NCBI GenBank assembly: GCA_001784115.1
Contig: MFPD01000011.1
Location: 28,869 to 92,868, forward strand
Direction of reading: 5' to 3'
Origin: Candidatus Levybacteria bacterium RIFCSPLOWO2_02_FULL_37_18
Lineage (GTDB): Bacteria; Patescibacteriota; Microgenomatia; Levybacterales; UBA12049
Length of the DNA: 64,000 nucleotides
The notes beneath the pieces are model-generated. The model was not told the origin of the DNA. It searched no databases and saw only the letters and a list, made by a program, of their open reading frames with translations. Positions 50,813-60,953 of the stretch are shown here, in pieces. The position numbers were made by a program, and so were the translations under genes. The number at the start of each line of letters is the position of its first letter. Within the stretch, counting starts at the first letter, position 1.

Positions 50813-52680
50813 GTATTTTCAATCATTGACAAAATCGCTTCTTGGGGAAGTACTATTTTTCCTGTTGTAATCATTTTTGCTTTTCCCCTCTTTTGCTTTT
50901 TAAGCAACTTATCTTTTCTGGTTCTATCACCGCCTGACATTTTTGCCAACACATTTTTTCTAAAGGGTGGGATTTCTTCCCTGGCAACAATCGTACCATT
51001 TACAACAGATTGAATAATCTGTCTAAACTGCTGTCTTTCCAGAAACTCTTTTAATTTTTCAGCTTTTTGCCTGGCAATCTGTATTGCCTCATCTCTATAT
51101 ACAAGTTCTGACAATACATCAATGGAAACGTCGTTAATTCTTACTTCAAGCGAAACTAAATCAGCTTTTCTATACTCTATTAATTCATAATCAATACTCC
51201 CAAAACCCGAAGAAACGGATTTTAATTCAGCTGACAACCCTCTCATAAACATGCTGTATGGCGCCTCAAAGGTTAAAACTGCATACATTTCGAAGTAGGA
51301 GAGGTCAATTAAATTCCCTTTTCTTTTTTGACAAAGCGTTATAATGGATCCTACAAAACCAGATGGCGTATAGATAATCAGTTTCATGTATGGCTCAAGA
51401 TATTCACCCATTGAATCTTTGTCATACAACACATGTGGCATGGTAAAAAGTAAATCAAGTAAAAATTCTTGCTTAAGCCGTTCTTTTACTATTTCTGCAT
51501 GGAGTAATCCTAAAAATCCAACCCGAAACCCGCTTCCTAAATACGCTGAATATTCTTCTGTATACGTTAAGGCTGTATCATTTAAAGCAAGTTTTCCTAA
51601 TGATTCTTTTAAACGAATTAAATCATCTGTGGTTTTCGGATACACCCCAAAAAAAACCATTGGCTTTGGCACTTTATATCCCGAAAGCGCATGAATTTCG
51701 ACTCCCTTGTCATCTACAGCTAATTTTGAATTTTTAATTTTTAATTTTGAATTTATTATCGTGTCTCCTACTCGGCAAAGACGTATGTCTTTAATTCCTG
51801 TAATAATATAGCCAATTTCACCTGTTAAAAGTTGGCCGCTTGATTTTAAAAATGGCGTAAAATGTCCAATATCGGTAATTTCTGTTTGCGTACCATTTTG
51901 AAAGAATTGAATTCTTTCTCCTTTTGCAACGATTCCGTCCATAATTCTGACATACGCAACCACACCTTTATATTCGTCATATACTGCGTCAAAAATAAGT
52001 GCGCGAAAAAGATCTGCTTGGCTTCCGTGGGGAGTTGGAATTCTCCCAACAACAGCATCTAACAAATTGCCAACGTTTTCTCCGGTTTTTGCGGAGATAA
52101 AAAGCATTTCTTCTTTTGTAAATCCAAATGTATCAACAAGTTCTTTTTCTGTTGTTTCAATTTGCGCATTAGGAAGATCTATTTTATTAATTACAGGAAT
52201 GAGTTTTAAATTAAGCTTTTTGGCGCTTTGGAAATGAGCTACTGTTTGAGCCTGAATCCCTTGGGTTGCGTCAACAAGCAAAATCGCACCATCGCACGCT
52301 GCAAGCGTTCGGGAGACCTCATACGAAAAATCTACGTGTCCGGGAGTATCAATTAAGTTCAAAATGTATCTTGAACTTGCAAACTCGAAATTCGAATCTC
52401 GAAATTCGAAATTATTTTGTTCATTTGAATTTTGAATTTGAGGATTGTTTCGGATTTCGGATTTCTGATTTCGGATTTCCGGATGGTATATCATCCGTAC
52501 TGGTGCTAATTTGATCGTGATTCCACGTTCCCTGCTTATCGGATTTTGATCCAAGAACTGCTCTTTCAGATCATTTTTGGGAACAGTTTCTGTTATTTCC
52601 AAAAATCGATCCGCAAGCGTTGACTTCCCATGATCCACATGAGCGATAATGGCAAAATTTCTAATCTGCGATTGATTCAT
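50809..52680 (-). CDS. lepA: Elongation factor 4 LepA with two in-frame repeat insertions
   Basis: IAHVDHGKSTLADR, DTPGHVDF, GFLGLLH, GGDRTRKDKLL. Confidence 0.97.
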   Translation of the reverse strand: MNQSQIRNFAIIAHVDHGKSTLADRFLEITETVPKNDLKEQFLDQNPISRERGITIKLAPVRMIYHPEIRNQKSEIRNNPQIQNSNEQNNFEFRDSNFEFASSRYILNLIDTPGHVDFSYEVSRTLAACDGAILLVDATQGIQAQTVAHFQSAKKLNLKLIPVINKIDLPNAQIETTEKELVDTFGFTKEEMLFISAKTGENVGNLLDAVVGRIPTPHGSQADLFRALIFDAVYDEYKGVVAYVRIMDGIVAKGERIQFFQNGTQTEITDIGHFTPFLKSSGQLLTGEIGYIITGIKDIRLCRVGDTIINSKLKIKNSKLAVDDKGVEIHALSGYKVPKPMVFFGVYPKTTDDLIRLKESLGKLALNDTALTYTEEYSAYLGSGFRVGFLGLLHAEIVKERLKQEFLLDLLFTMPHVLYDKDSMGEYLEPYMKLIIYTPSGFVGSIITLCQKRKGNLIDLSYFEMYAVLTFEAPYSMFMRGLSAELKSVSSGFGSIDYELIEYRKADLVSLEVRINDVSIDVLSELVYRDEAIQIARQKAEKLKEFLERQQFRQIIQSVVNGTIVAREEIPPFRKNVLAKMSGGDRTRKDKLLKKQKRGKAKMITTGKIVLPQEAILSMIENT

Positions 52681-52714
52681 GTAGAAAGTAGTATAGAGTC
52701 GATGGATATTAAAA

Positions 52715-54625
52715 TCAACTTACTGTTCCATTTACCCAAGGAGAATAACCATGACCATTTGTGCTAAAAACAGTCTCTTCTACATCTTGAGAGACACGGC
52801 TTTCTTGAGATTCTTCGGGAAATCCTTTAAGGATATAATCTCTCATCATCCGCGCTCCGGAAATAACCGGAAGATACGCCTTTAGTTGTCCTTTCGTAAA
52901 AGAAGTCCAAGTACTATCTTCATCTTTATCATCTACGATTCGGGCTGCTCTTACCAGTTGGCTATAAATAAAATGTTGTTGTTCGCTATCAAAATCTCCT
53001 CCAATCTCTAAGTATGCGGGAGGGGTAATGTCCGCAACTCCTCCGTCTTCGGTAGAGATAAGAATTGTTAGGTTTCCTATTGCTTTCATCCATGAAGTTC
53101 CACATGCCTCTTTCCCTACAACAGGCGTATTAAGCCATACATCAGAACCTGTAACCATCTTCTGAGCAACGTCAACATCATATCCCTGTACAAAATGTAC
53201 TCTTTTCTTTAGAACTGGATTTTTATCTACAAGGCCAAAAATATGTGAAAAATTATCACCACCATATTTCCCTGACATAAGAATGTGCATGTTTTCTGAT
53301 TCAAGCAGGTAAGCAAGTCTTCTTACATCGTTAAAAAGAAGATGAGGTCTTTTATAGTCGACAAATCGTTTTGCCCATGATGCAATCTTTGCTCCTTCTT
53401 CAATTTTTATTGGCTCTCCGTATTGATCTTTTCTTGTCGTAAGAAATTCTCTTAGTTCTCTTCTTGCGATCTCCTTAATTTCTCTGAGTTTTTTACCGTC
53501 TAACCTATCTATTCTCTCCTGGTAATCTGGAGTGGGCAAATCAAAGACATCTATAGCTTTTTCTTTTTTGTAAAGATTCATAAACCCCTCTTGAACCCAA
53601 GTTTCCATAAAAATTCCATTTGTGTCATGTTCAAACTTTATTTTATTACCCTCATGATCTTTAAAATAAACTAATATCCCCTCTGCAGTTTCTCTTTCTC
53701 CGTTTGCAATTTGGGTATGTAGCTTACTAACTCCCAGGCGTGTCCCTGATAATGCTAAGGCAAGCGTGTTTAATCGAATTATTCCATTGTTGCCGTCAAT
53801 TAATCCGCGAAGCCAATTTGCGGCATCTAAACTTGTCATATTCCCAATTGCATATTCCTCAAGAATATCTCTTGAGACTTCTGCTTCTGCAGCTTGTTCC
53901 AGCGTATGATTTATATACATTGTTTCGCCTCGTACCGACTCAAGGGCTTGTTCAAAAGGAACACCGTTGTTGCATGTATCATCAAGGTTTGCCAAGGCGA
54001 CAAAAACAGATGCAGATTCATTAATAAGATAGACAGATGGTTTTATACCTTTTGCCTGTAAAGATCTAAATCCACCAAATCCTAAAACCACCTGCTGATA
54101 CATTCGATGAGAAGAATCCTGAGCAGCTTGATATAAAGAACCAATCCCTGGTTCAAAAAGACCAAATACTTTTGCACTACCTGCTTCTTGAGTAAATAAT
54201 CCAAACCGTGTTGTATGACCATTGGTGCGCACTAATACATCTTGGTTCCATTCGGATGTTCCCCATGCACTACCCTCCGGATCAAAAGGATATTCTCTAT
54301 GATACGAACGAAACCTGTTTTCTTCAGTTCCGTATATCCCTATCTCAACTGCACCTTCTTGTCTCCCACGGGTTGCATATACAGGAGTTACTAACACATA
54401 AGGAATTCCGTCCTTTCCTGCTTGAAAATACTTGCAGCGTTCTAAAATCCCTAATCCTCCAGCATAAGACCCATCTGGAATAGCTGCTTCCATGGAGAAG
54501 GAGACAATCGGAGATTGAGGGGTAATTTTTTCTTTAAGATCCGGCCTTCCTATTGCGTCGAAGAAGCTACGGGAAGATTCTCTCTCTTGTAATCCATCTG
54601 TGCATCTTTCAAGAACTTGTACCAT
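52715..54625 (-). CDS. Alpha-glucan phosphorylase (GT35)
   Basis: FSME, YAGGLGIL, AKRFVDYKR, DVWLNTP, EACGTSWMKA (PLP lysine). Confidence 0.88.
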   Translation of the reverse strand: MVQVLERCTDGLQERESSRSFFDAIGRPDLKEKITPQSPIVSFSMEAAIPDGSYAGGLGILERCKYFQAGKDGIPYVLVTPVYATRGRQEGAVEIGIYGTEENRFRSYHREYPFDPEGSAWGTSEWNQDVLVRTNGHTTRFGLFTQEAGSAKVFGLFEPGIGSLYQAAQDSSHRMYQQVVLGFGGFRSLQAKGIKPSVYLINESASVFVALANLDDTCNNGVPFEQALESVRGETMYINHTLEQAAEAEVSRDILEEYAIGNMTSLDAANWLRGLIDGNNGIIRLNTLALALSGTRLGVSKLHTQIANGERETAEGILVYFKDHEGNKIKFEHDTNGIFMETWVQEGFMNLYKKEKAIDVFDLPTPDYQERIDRLDGKKLREIKEIARRELREFLTTRKDQYGEPIKIEEGAKIASWAKRFVDYKRPHLLFNDVRRLAYLLESENMHILMSGKYGGDNFSHIFGLVDKNPVLKKRVHFVQGYDVDVAQKMVTGSDVWLNTPVVGKEACGTSWMKAIGNLTILISTEDGGVADITPPAYLEIGGDFDSEQQHFIYSQLVRAARIVDDKDEDSTWTSFTKGQLKAYLPVISGARMMRDYILKGFPEESQESRVSQDVEETVFSTNGHGYSPWVNGTVS

Positions 54626-54694
54626 ATTTCTCTAGGACAGAAGAATAATAAATAGCGTACTGCGAGAAAAACAAGTTGTCAAGAGGTTATAAGG

Positions 54695-56359
54695 TTAAGG
54701 ATTGGGACGGTTGGGGTCGAGAGTTTCTCCTCGCTCCTGTAATATCTCCCTCCAGTTTCCGATTTTTTTAAACAATAGTAAAAATGTTGTTGCTTCTTTT
54801 ACATTGAAAAGCCAAGTTAAGAATAGATACAATGATAATCCGGCAAAACTTGAAATACCGGTTAAGAAAATAAGATTTATAGTATGTGTTGTATCAAATA
54901 CTAATTGATCGAGCAACTTTATTGGAATATATAATGCAAAACCTGTAAAAAGAGATGCAAAAAAGATTTTTAAAGAGGAAAAAAACATATCTATCTTTTT
55001 AAATCCGCCAATTTTTTTATCCAAAAGAAAAAGCAATACGACTAAATTCAAAATACTTGCAACTGAATACGCAAACGCAATATTTTCTATACCCATTTTA
55101 TATCTCAATATAAATAATACACTCATACCAATCATGCAAAGCGTTGTTATTCCTCCTACGACAAGCGGAGTCTTCGCGTCATGGAGTGCATAAAATCCCC
55201 GGGAAATCAAATAAATTAAAGCATTAGCAAAAACAGATAGCGCAAAATATGCTAAGGTCTTTCCTGTTAAAACAGTAGCCTCCCAATCAAATAAACCAGC
55301 TCCAAATACAAGTCTCACAACGGGAATTCGCAAGACTAAAAAAAGTACAGATACAGGCAGTACCAAATAAAGCATTTGATTAAAACTTGTTAAAAAAGTT
55401 AGCTTAAAGTGCTCAATTCTTTCCCGCTCGCGGGAAAGAACGGGAAAAGCAGCTTGAGCAATCGTTTGCCCAAAAAGCGCAATAGGAGCAAACGCAAGTG
55501 TCTGAGCATAGTCAAAAATTACATAATTTCTCCCAGAGTTAGGAATATATGAAATAAGCGCAATAGTTATCAAAGAACCTACTTGAAAGATTCCGATAGA
55601 AAAAGTTCTGGGCCACATAAGTGAAACAACTTCCTTAATTCCCGGTGTCTCAAACGATATGGATGAAGTAAAAGAAAAACCCACTTTCTTAACGAGGGGG
55701 ATCTGTGCTGCTGCAAAAAAAATGCCTCCCAAAATGATTCCGTATACCGGCCCATATATCCCTAGTATAGGCGATAAAAAAAGAATTCCAAGTATGATCC
55801 CTAAGTTATATGAAGCCGCGGCTATTCCGGGAATAAAAAAATGATTATATGATTGTAGTAATGCGGAAAAAAAAGTAGCAATTAAAAAAAATAATTGTCC
55901 GACAATAACCAGTCTCATCAAATTTGCCATCAATTCCATTTCAGATGCAGAAAATCCAGAACCTGGATTTAATATTTGCAAAAAAAAGGAAGCAAAAATA
56001 AAAAGAATTATCGATAAAATCGAAAAAACCACAACAAAAATTGTCAAAAGTGTGGAGGCCATCTTTCGTGCCTCCGCCTCTTTATTTTTGACAATAAAAT
56101 CTGAAAAAACAGGAATAAACGCAGATGACAAAACTCCCGCTATAATTATCTGAAACAGAAAATCCGGTAATTTAATAGATGCAAGATATACTCCTAAGGT
56201 ATTGGAAGCGCCAAATATTGCCACAAGAAGTCGTTGCCTTATAAGACCTAAGAATTGGGAAAGTATTACGGTTGACATAATAACAAATGCCGCAGATAAA
56301 ATATTCGTTTGTCGCATCGAAATAATATCAATGCTTTTTTGTAAGAATTTTTTCATCAT
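54695..56359 (-). CDS. murJ: Lipid II flippase MurJ
   Basis: SQFLGLIRQ, LPDFLF, SAFIPVF, RGFYALHDAKTP. Confidence 0.93.
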   Translation of the reverse strand: MMKKFLQKSIDIISMRQTNILSAAFVIMSTVILSQFLGLIRQRLLVAIFGASNTLGVYLASIKLPDFLFQIIIAGVLSSAFIPVFSDFIVKNKEAEARKMASTLLTIFVVVFSILSIILFIFASFFLQILNPGSGFSASEMELMANLMRLVIVGQLFFLIATFFSALLQSYNHFFIPGIAAASYNLGIILGILFLSPILGIYGPVYGIILGGIFFAAAQIPLVKKVGFSFTSSISFETPGIKEVVSLMWPRTFSIGIFQVGSLITIALISYIPNSGRNYVIFDYAQTLAFAPIALFGQTIAQAAFPVLSRERERIEHFKLTFLTSFNQMLYLVLPVSVLFLVLRIPVVRLVFGAGLFDWEATVLTGKTLAYFALSVFANALIYLISRGFYALHDAKTPLVVGGITTLCMIGMSVLFILRYKMGIENIAFAYSVASILNLVVLLFLLDKKIGGFKKIDMFFSSLKIFFASLFTGFALYIPIKLLDQLVFDTTHTINLIFLTGISSFAGLSLYLFLTWLFNVKEATTFLLLFKKIGNWREILQERGETLDPNRPNP

Positions 56360-56405
56360 AATAATAGAGGTTGCAGATTACAGTATACCATGGTACAATA
56401 AGCCC

Positions 56406-56690
56406 ATGCCAGTAATAAAATCAGCAAAAAAGAAATTAAGAAAAGACAGAAAAAGGGAAAAAGAGAATAATAAATTTGAAAATATTCTCAAAACACTCAT
56501 TAAAAAAGCAAAAAAAATCAAAACAGAAAAAGCAATAATTCAAGCGGTAAGAACCGCAGATAAGGCTGCGAAAAAAAGAATTATTCATAAAAATAAAGCA
56601 TCGCGTTTAAAATCTCAGCTGTACAAACTAATCGCTAAAACACCAAAAGCAGCTGTAAAAACAACCTCTAAAAAAACTCCAAAAAAATAA
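56406..56690 (+). CDS. rpsT: 30S ribosomal protein S20
   Basis: MPVIKSAKKKLR, DKAAKKRIIHKNKASRLKS; TTGCAG-17-TACAAT 6 nt upstream. Confidence 0.96.
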   Translation: MPVIKSAKKKLRKDRKREKENNKFENILKTLIKKAKKIKTEKAIIQAVRTADKAAKKRIIHKNKASRLKSQLYKLIAKTPKAAVKTTSKKTPKK

Positions 56691-56707
56691 TAAATCCTCC
56701 TCCAGTC

Positions 56708-56811
56708 CTGACATTACCCCAGCTTTGCTTCAAATCGTCATTCTGGAAAGCAACGACTTTTCCAGAATCAGATTCTGGACAAGCCAGAATGACAAAGTGG
56801 GATAATATCAG
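56708..56811. mobile_element. MITE-like element with CTGA..TCAG ends and a 9-bp near-duplication, carrying a GTCAT..ATGAC palindrome
   Basis: IRs CTGACATTACCCCAGCTTTG / CAAAGTGGGATAATATCAG; flanks CCTCCAGTC (56699-56707) and CCTCCAATC (56812-56820). Confidence 0.72.
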
Positions 56812-56887
56812 CCTCCAATCCCTTTGACAAAAGATATAAAACCTCCTAGACTAATTAAAGGCGTTATGTGTAAACGTCTTGTTTTGT

Positions 56888-57427
56888 ATGATTAAAAAAA
56901 CTCCAACAATAAACTTATTTACAGGAAGAAGTAAAAGCTTTATTGATAGATTTCTAAAATGGGCATTAAGCGTTGGAAGACTTATCATCATTCTAACCGA
57001 AATAATAGCCCTTTCAGCTTTTTTATATAGATTCTCTCTAGACAGACAACTTATTGATCTTAGGGACAAAATAAAATCACAACAAAAAATACTTGACTTG
57101 TATAAAAATAACGAAAAAAAATACAGAAGTCTTCAAGAAAGAATTGCATTATCTTCTCAACTTTCTACTCTAGCTGAAAAAAATACTGACACGCTCAACA
57201 AAATCAATCAAAGTATTCCAATTAATATGTCTGTAAGTAGTCTTACCTTGCAAAAAAAGAGCATGAATATAAATGCAAGTGTACCGTCAATTTCTACACT
57301 CACTTCCTTTATGAAAAAAATAAAAAGTTTTCCAGAAGTAAAAGGAACAACGCTTGAAAGAATTGATAATAGGATATCAAGCTCTACACTCGTATTTAGT
57401 TTAAATGTCTTTCTAAAAGATGAATAA
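56888..57427 (+). CDS. PilN-like type IV pilus alignment protein
   Basis: INL motif, TM, coiled coil, ferredoxin-like C-domain. Confidence 0.75.
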   Translation: MIKKTPTINLFTGRSKSFIDRFLKWALSVGRLIIILTEIIALSAFLYRFSLDRQLIDLRDKIKSQQKILDLYKNNEKKYRSLQERIALSSQLSTLAEKNTDTLNKINQSIPINMSVSSLTLQKKSMNINASVPSISTLTSFMKKIKSFPEVKGTTLERIDNRISSSTLVFSLNVFLKDE

Positions 57428-58040
57428 TACAAAAATCAAAAAAAATAATTCTCTATTTCCTGTTAAGAACAAATATCTTGAGTTTCTTCCAAAAATTAAA
57501 GAAGAAAAAATACAAGTAGCAACAACTGTGGGCTTAACATTCCTTGGTATTATTTTGTTTGGTTTGTTTGCAATCAGCCCAACTCTGACAACCATTGCTC
57601 ATCTAAGAAAAAGTTTGGCTGATAATCAAGATTTATTTGCCAAATTGCAAGAGAAAAACAAAAATTTAAGTATTCTCCAGCAAAAATATTCAACCGTGGA
57701 AAAAGATATTCCTACCATTCTGTCTGCACTGCCCCAAAAACCATCGGCACCTGTCTTTCTTGGACAAATACAAACTCTTCTTGTTAGTAATCATCTTAAT
57801 TTAATAAACATTGGATCTCTTGAGGTCGAGCTTACCAAATCTGAAGAAGGCGAAAATCAGTATTCATCGTTTATTTTTAATCTGAGCGCCGATGGATCGA
57901 ATGAGAATGTGCTCACGTTTATAAATTCCTTAATACATGTCAGCAGGATCGCATCTATAGATAACATCTCTCTTGTAGAAAACTCAAAAAAAGGAAATAC
58001 ACAAGTTACAATTACTGGAAAAACGTATTTTAAAAAATAA
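57420..58040 (+). CDS. PilO-like type IV pilus alignment protein
   Basis: TM, FAISPT, coiled coil, ALP, G...FI..L...RI motif. Confidence 0.8.
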   Translation: MNNTKIKKNNSLFPVKNKYLEFLPKIKEEKIQVATTVGLTFLGIILFGLFAISPTLTTIAHLRKSLADNQDLFAKLQEKNKNLSILQQKYSTVEKDIPTILSALPQKPSAPVFLGQIQTLLVSNHLNLINIGSLEVELTKSEEGENQYSSFIFNLSADGSNENVLTFINSLIHVSRIASIDNISLVENSKKGNTQVTITGKTYFKK

Positions 58041-58042
58041 TT

Positions 58043-58339
58043 ATGAAACAAAAAGACATCTTACTTATCTTAGGCTCTCTTTGTGTAGTTACTATTGCGT
58101 GGATTATTTTTAATATTTATCATACTACTGTCACATCAACAATTCCCGAAACCATAACTACGCAAGTTAAACCAATCACACCGGATTTTGATATAAAAAG
58201 TATTGATGCGCTTAAAAAAAGACAAAAAATAACTCCAAATTTTGGTTTTCCTTCCTCTGGTACTCCTACTCCGACACCTACCCCTTTTCTCTTGCCAAAA
58301 AAGAATCAACCTGCATCTGAAAGCTCATTCCTTAGATGA
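58043..58339 (+). CDS. Small TM protein with PT tail (PilP position)
   Basis: WIIFNIYH..TI...VKPITPDFD; follows the pilO-like gene. Confidence 0.65.
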   Translation: MKQKDILLILGSLCVVTIAWIIFNIYHTTVTSTIPETITTQVKPITPDFDIKSIDALKKRQKITPNFGFPSSGTPTPTPTPFLLPKKNQPASESSFLR

Positions 58340-59685
58340 AAAAAAATATTTTGAGTATTCGTATTCCAACCTTGTTGGGAATTTTTTTAATACTGGTTAC
58401 TCTTGCATCAACATCGTATCTTGCAAATCAGGGTGTAATTACGATTGGAAGAGCAAGTTTAACACAAGCCCCACAAAGAGTGCGCATAACGAATGTCTCA
58501 GATACTTCATTTACGGTTTCTTATAAAACCGAGACTCCAACACTAGGATCTCTTAACACTGGAAAAGATAAAAGCTTAGGCCTTGTAATCAATGACGACA
58601 GAGATAGTCAAACCGCAAAGCCTCATGTACTTCATTACTTTACTGTAAAAAATCTTGCCCCTAACACACTATATTATTTTTCAATTGTATCCGGTGACAC
58701 TATATACACAAACAATAATACTCCTTTTACAGTGACAACGCGTGAATTAGGCGATACTACTTCTTCACCTAATTCAATGAGCGGAAAAATAATTACACAA
58801 GAAGCAACAGCCCCTCAGGAAGCAATCGTATATGTAAAAAAATCATCCGATCCCAAATCTATATCTACATTAGTAAATAATGACGGGACGTATTCTTTGG
58901 ATGTATCAAAAATTGGAATTAAAAATAATTCTTCAGACAGTCACATTCTCCAAATGCTTGTTCTTGGAGATCAAAAAGAATCAAATATTACTATTAGATC
59001 TTCTGCTATCCATCCTGTCCCAATAATTACTCTTGCCAAAGATTACGATTTTATTCAAAACGTTTTAGAACCGTCTGCGTCAACAAGCGCAAATTTTCAA
59101 TCTTTTCCCTCATTTAATTTTACCAGTAACTCTACAATACCTCAAATTATTACACCAAAAAATGAAGAAATCTTCAAAGATGCCAAACCTCAATTCTTTG
59201 GAACTGCATCTGCATCAGCCTTGGTAAAAATTACTATCCATTCTCAAGATATAATACAAGATCAAGTAAAAACAGACCCTAACGGCAGATGGTCATATCG
59301 TCCAATTCAACCTCTTTCTCCCGGAAATCATACTATTTCTATAACAACCCAGGATCAGACAGGAATTACAAAAAGTATCGAAAAAACATTTATTGTTTTT
59401 GCATCCGGAAGCCAATTTATCGAGCCTTCTGTTTCTCCTATTCCGCCTACTCCCACCTCATCACCTACAATAACCCCCACGCCTTCCATTCCCACAGCAA
59501 CACCTTTGCCTCCAACTCCTACTTCATTACTTTTGCCATCTCCAACCATAATCCCTCCTGCAAGCTCAACTACTCTTCCTCCGCCCGGAAGTTCAACTGC
59601 CTTGCTTACAGGACTTAAGGGAATTGGAATAACTCTTGCTGGCTTACTTCTTCTAATTCTCTCCCGAGGCGTTTTACATATATGA
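58336..59685 (+). CDS. Surface protein: FN3-like and Ig-like domains, Pro/Thr linker, LPPPG plus TM
   Basis: VRITNVSDTSFTVSY..NLAPNTLYYF; GRWSY..LSPGNHTI; C-terminal sorting-like signal. Confidence 0.75.
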   Translation: MKKNILSIRIPTLLGIFLILVTLASTSYLANQGVITIGRASLTQAPQRVRITNVSDTSFTVSYKTETPTLGSLNTGKDKSLGLVINDDRDSQTAKPHVLHYFTVKNLAPNTLYYFSIVSGDTIYTNNNTPFTVTTRELGDTTSSPNSMSGKIITQEATAPQEAIVYVKKSSDPKSISTLVNNDGTYSLDVSKIGIKNNSSDSHILQMLVLGDQKESNITIRSSAIHPVPIITLAKDYDFIQNVLEPSASTSANFQSFPSFNFTSNSTIPQIITPKNEEIFKDAKPQFFGTASASALVKITIHSQDIIQDQVKTDPNGRWSYRPIQPLSPGNHTISITTQDQTGITKSIEKTFIVFASGSQFIEPSVSPIPPTPTSSPTITPTPSIPTATPLPPTPTSLLLPSPTIIPPASSTTLPPPGSSTALLTGLKGIGITLAGLLLLILSRGVLHI

Positions 59686-60953
59686 AAATAGGAATAATAG
59701 GTGCAGGATTTACTGGCCTTTCTGCAGGAATTCAATTATTAAAAAAAGGTCACAGCGTTACAATTTTTGAAAAAGATAAAAATCCAGGCGGCCTTGCCTT
59801 AGGATACAAAGAAAACAAGTGGCAATGGAGTCTTGAGGAACATTATCATCATTGGTTTACGAATGATTCTTATATAGTAGCTCTTGCTAAAGAAATTAAA
59901 CACGAAGTAATAATACAAGAACCAAAAACATCTGTATATGTAGACAATACGTCTTATCAACTTGATTCTCCTATCCGCGTTCTTAGTTTTCCCAAATTAT
60001 CTTTTTTTGAAAGAGTGCAAATGGGAATTGCTTTGGGAATATTTCGTTTTAATCCTTTCTGGAAACCTCTAGAACAATTTCGTGCATCCGACGTCTTATC
60101 TAAACTAATGGGAGAAGTCCCTTATAAACTTCTTTGGGAACCATTATTGAAAAATAAATTTGGTAATTATGCCGACGATGTTTCACTTGCGTGGTTTTGG
60201 GCGCGAATTTATAAAAGGACAAAAAAGCTCGCTTATCCTAAAGGAGGTTTTCTAGAATTCGCGAATAAACTTGTTGAATATATTAACAATTTGGGCGGAA
60301 CGGTAATTTACAATTCACCAGTAGAAAATATTAAATCCAACAATGATTCCGTAAGCATAAAAACAAATAACAAATCTCAGTCTTTTGACAAAATAATTGT
60401 GACGCTGCCTTCTCAATTATTTACTAAAACTGCTTCCATTCCTTTTGAATACAAGCAAAGTTTAGAACAATTAAAAAGTTTAGGAGCGGTAAATCTTGTA
60501 TTAAGACTTAAAGAAGAGTTTTTAAAAGACGGAACGTATTGGCTGAGTATGTGCGATGCCAACATTCCGTTTTTAGCTATTATTGAACATACTCACTTCA
60601 TGGATAAAAAATCTTATAACAACGAATATATAGTATATATTGGAAAATATCTCCCTAGTAGTGATCCTTTTTTTTCAAAATCTAAAGAAGAAATATTTAA
60701 TATATATGACCCGTTTCTTGCCAAGATTACCAAAAATTATAAAAAATCTATTATCGACTATCGAGTATTTAAAGCTCCGTTTGCCCAACCAATCATCCCT
60801 ATACATTATTCAAAAGTTATGCCATCATTTAAAACTCCTTTACAGGGCGTGTACCTTGCAAACATACAACAAGTATATCCCTGGGATCGAGGAACAAATT
60901 ATGCAGTTGGATTAGGTCAAAAAATAGCCACGTTTATTGAAAACGATAGATGA
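59682..60953 (+). CDS. FAD-dependent oxidoreductase (amine oxidase/HemY-like)
   Basis: IGIIGAGFTGL, GGLA, YHH, YPWDRGTN. Confidence 0.85.
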   Translation: MKIGIIGAGFTGLSAGIQLLKKGHSVTIFEKDKNPGGLALGYKENKWQWSLEEHYHHWFTNDSYIVALAKEIKHEVIIQEPKTSVYVDNTSYQLDSPIRVLSFPKLSFFERVQMGIALGIFRFNPFWKPLEQFRASDVLSKLMGEVPYKLLWEPLLKNKFGNYADDVSLAWFWARIYKRTKKLAYPKGGFLEFANKLVEYINNLGGTVIYNSPVENIKSNNDSVSIKTNNKSQSFDKIIVTLPSQLFTKTASIPFEYKQSLEQLKSLGAVNLVLRLKEEFLKDGTYWLSMCDANIPFLAIIEHTHFMDKKSYNNEYIVYIGKYLPSSDPFFSKSKEEIFNIYDPFLAKITKNYKKSIIDYRVFKAPFAQPIIPIHYSKVMPSFKTPLQGVYLANIQQVYPWDRGTNYAVGLGQKIATFIENDR

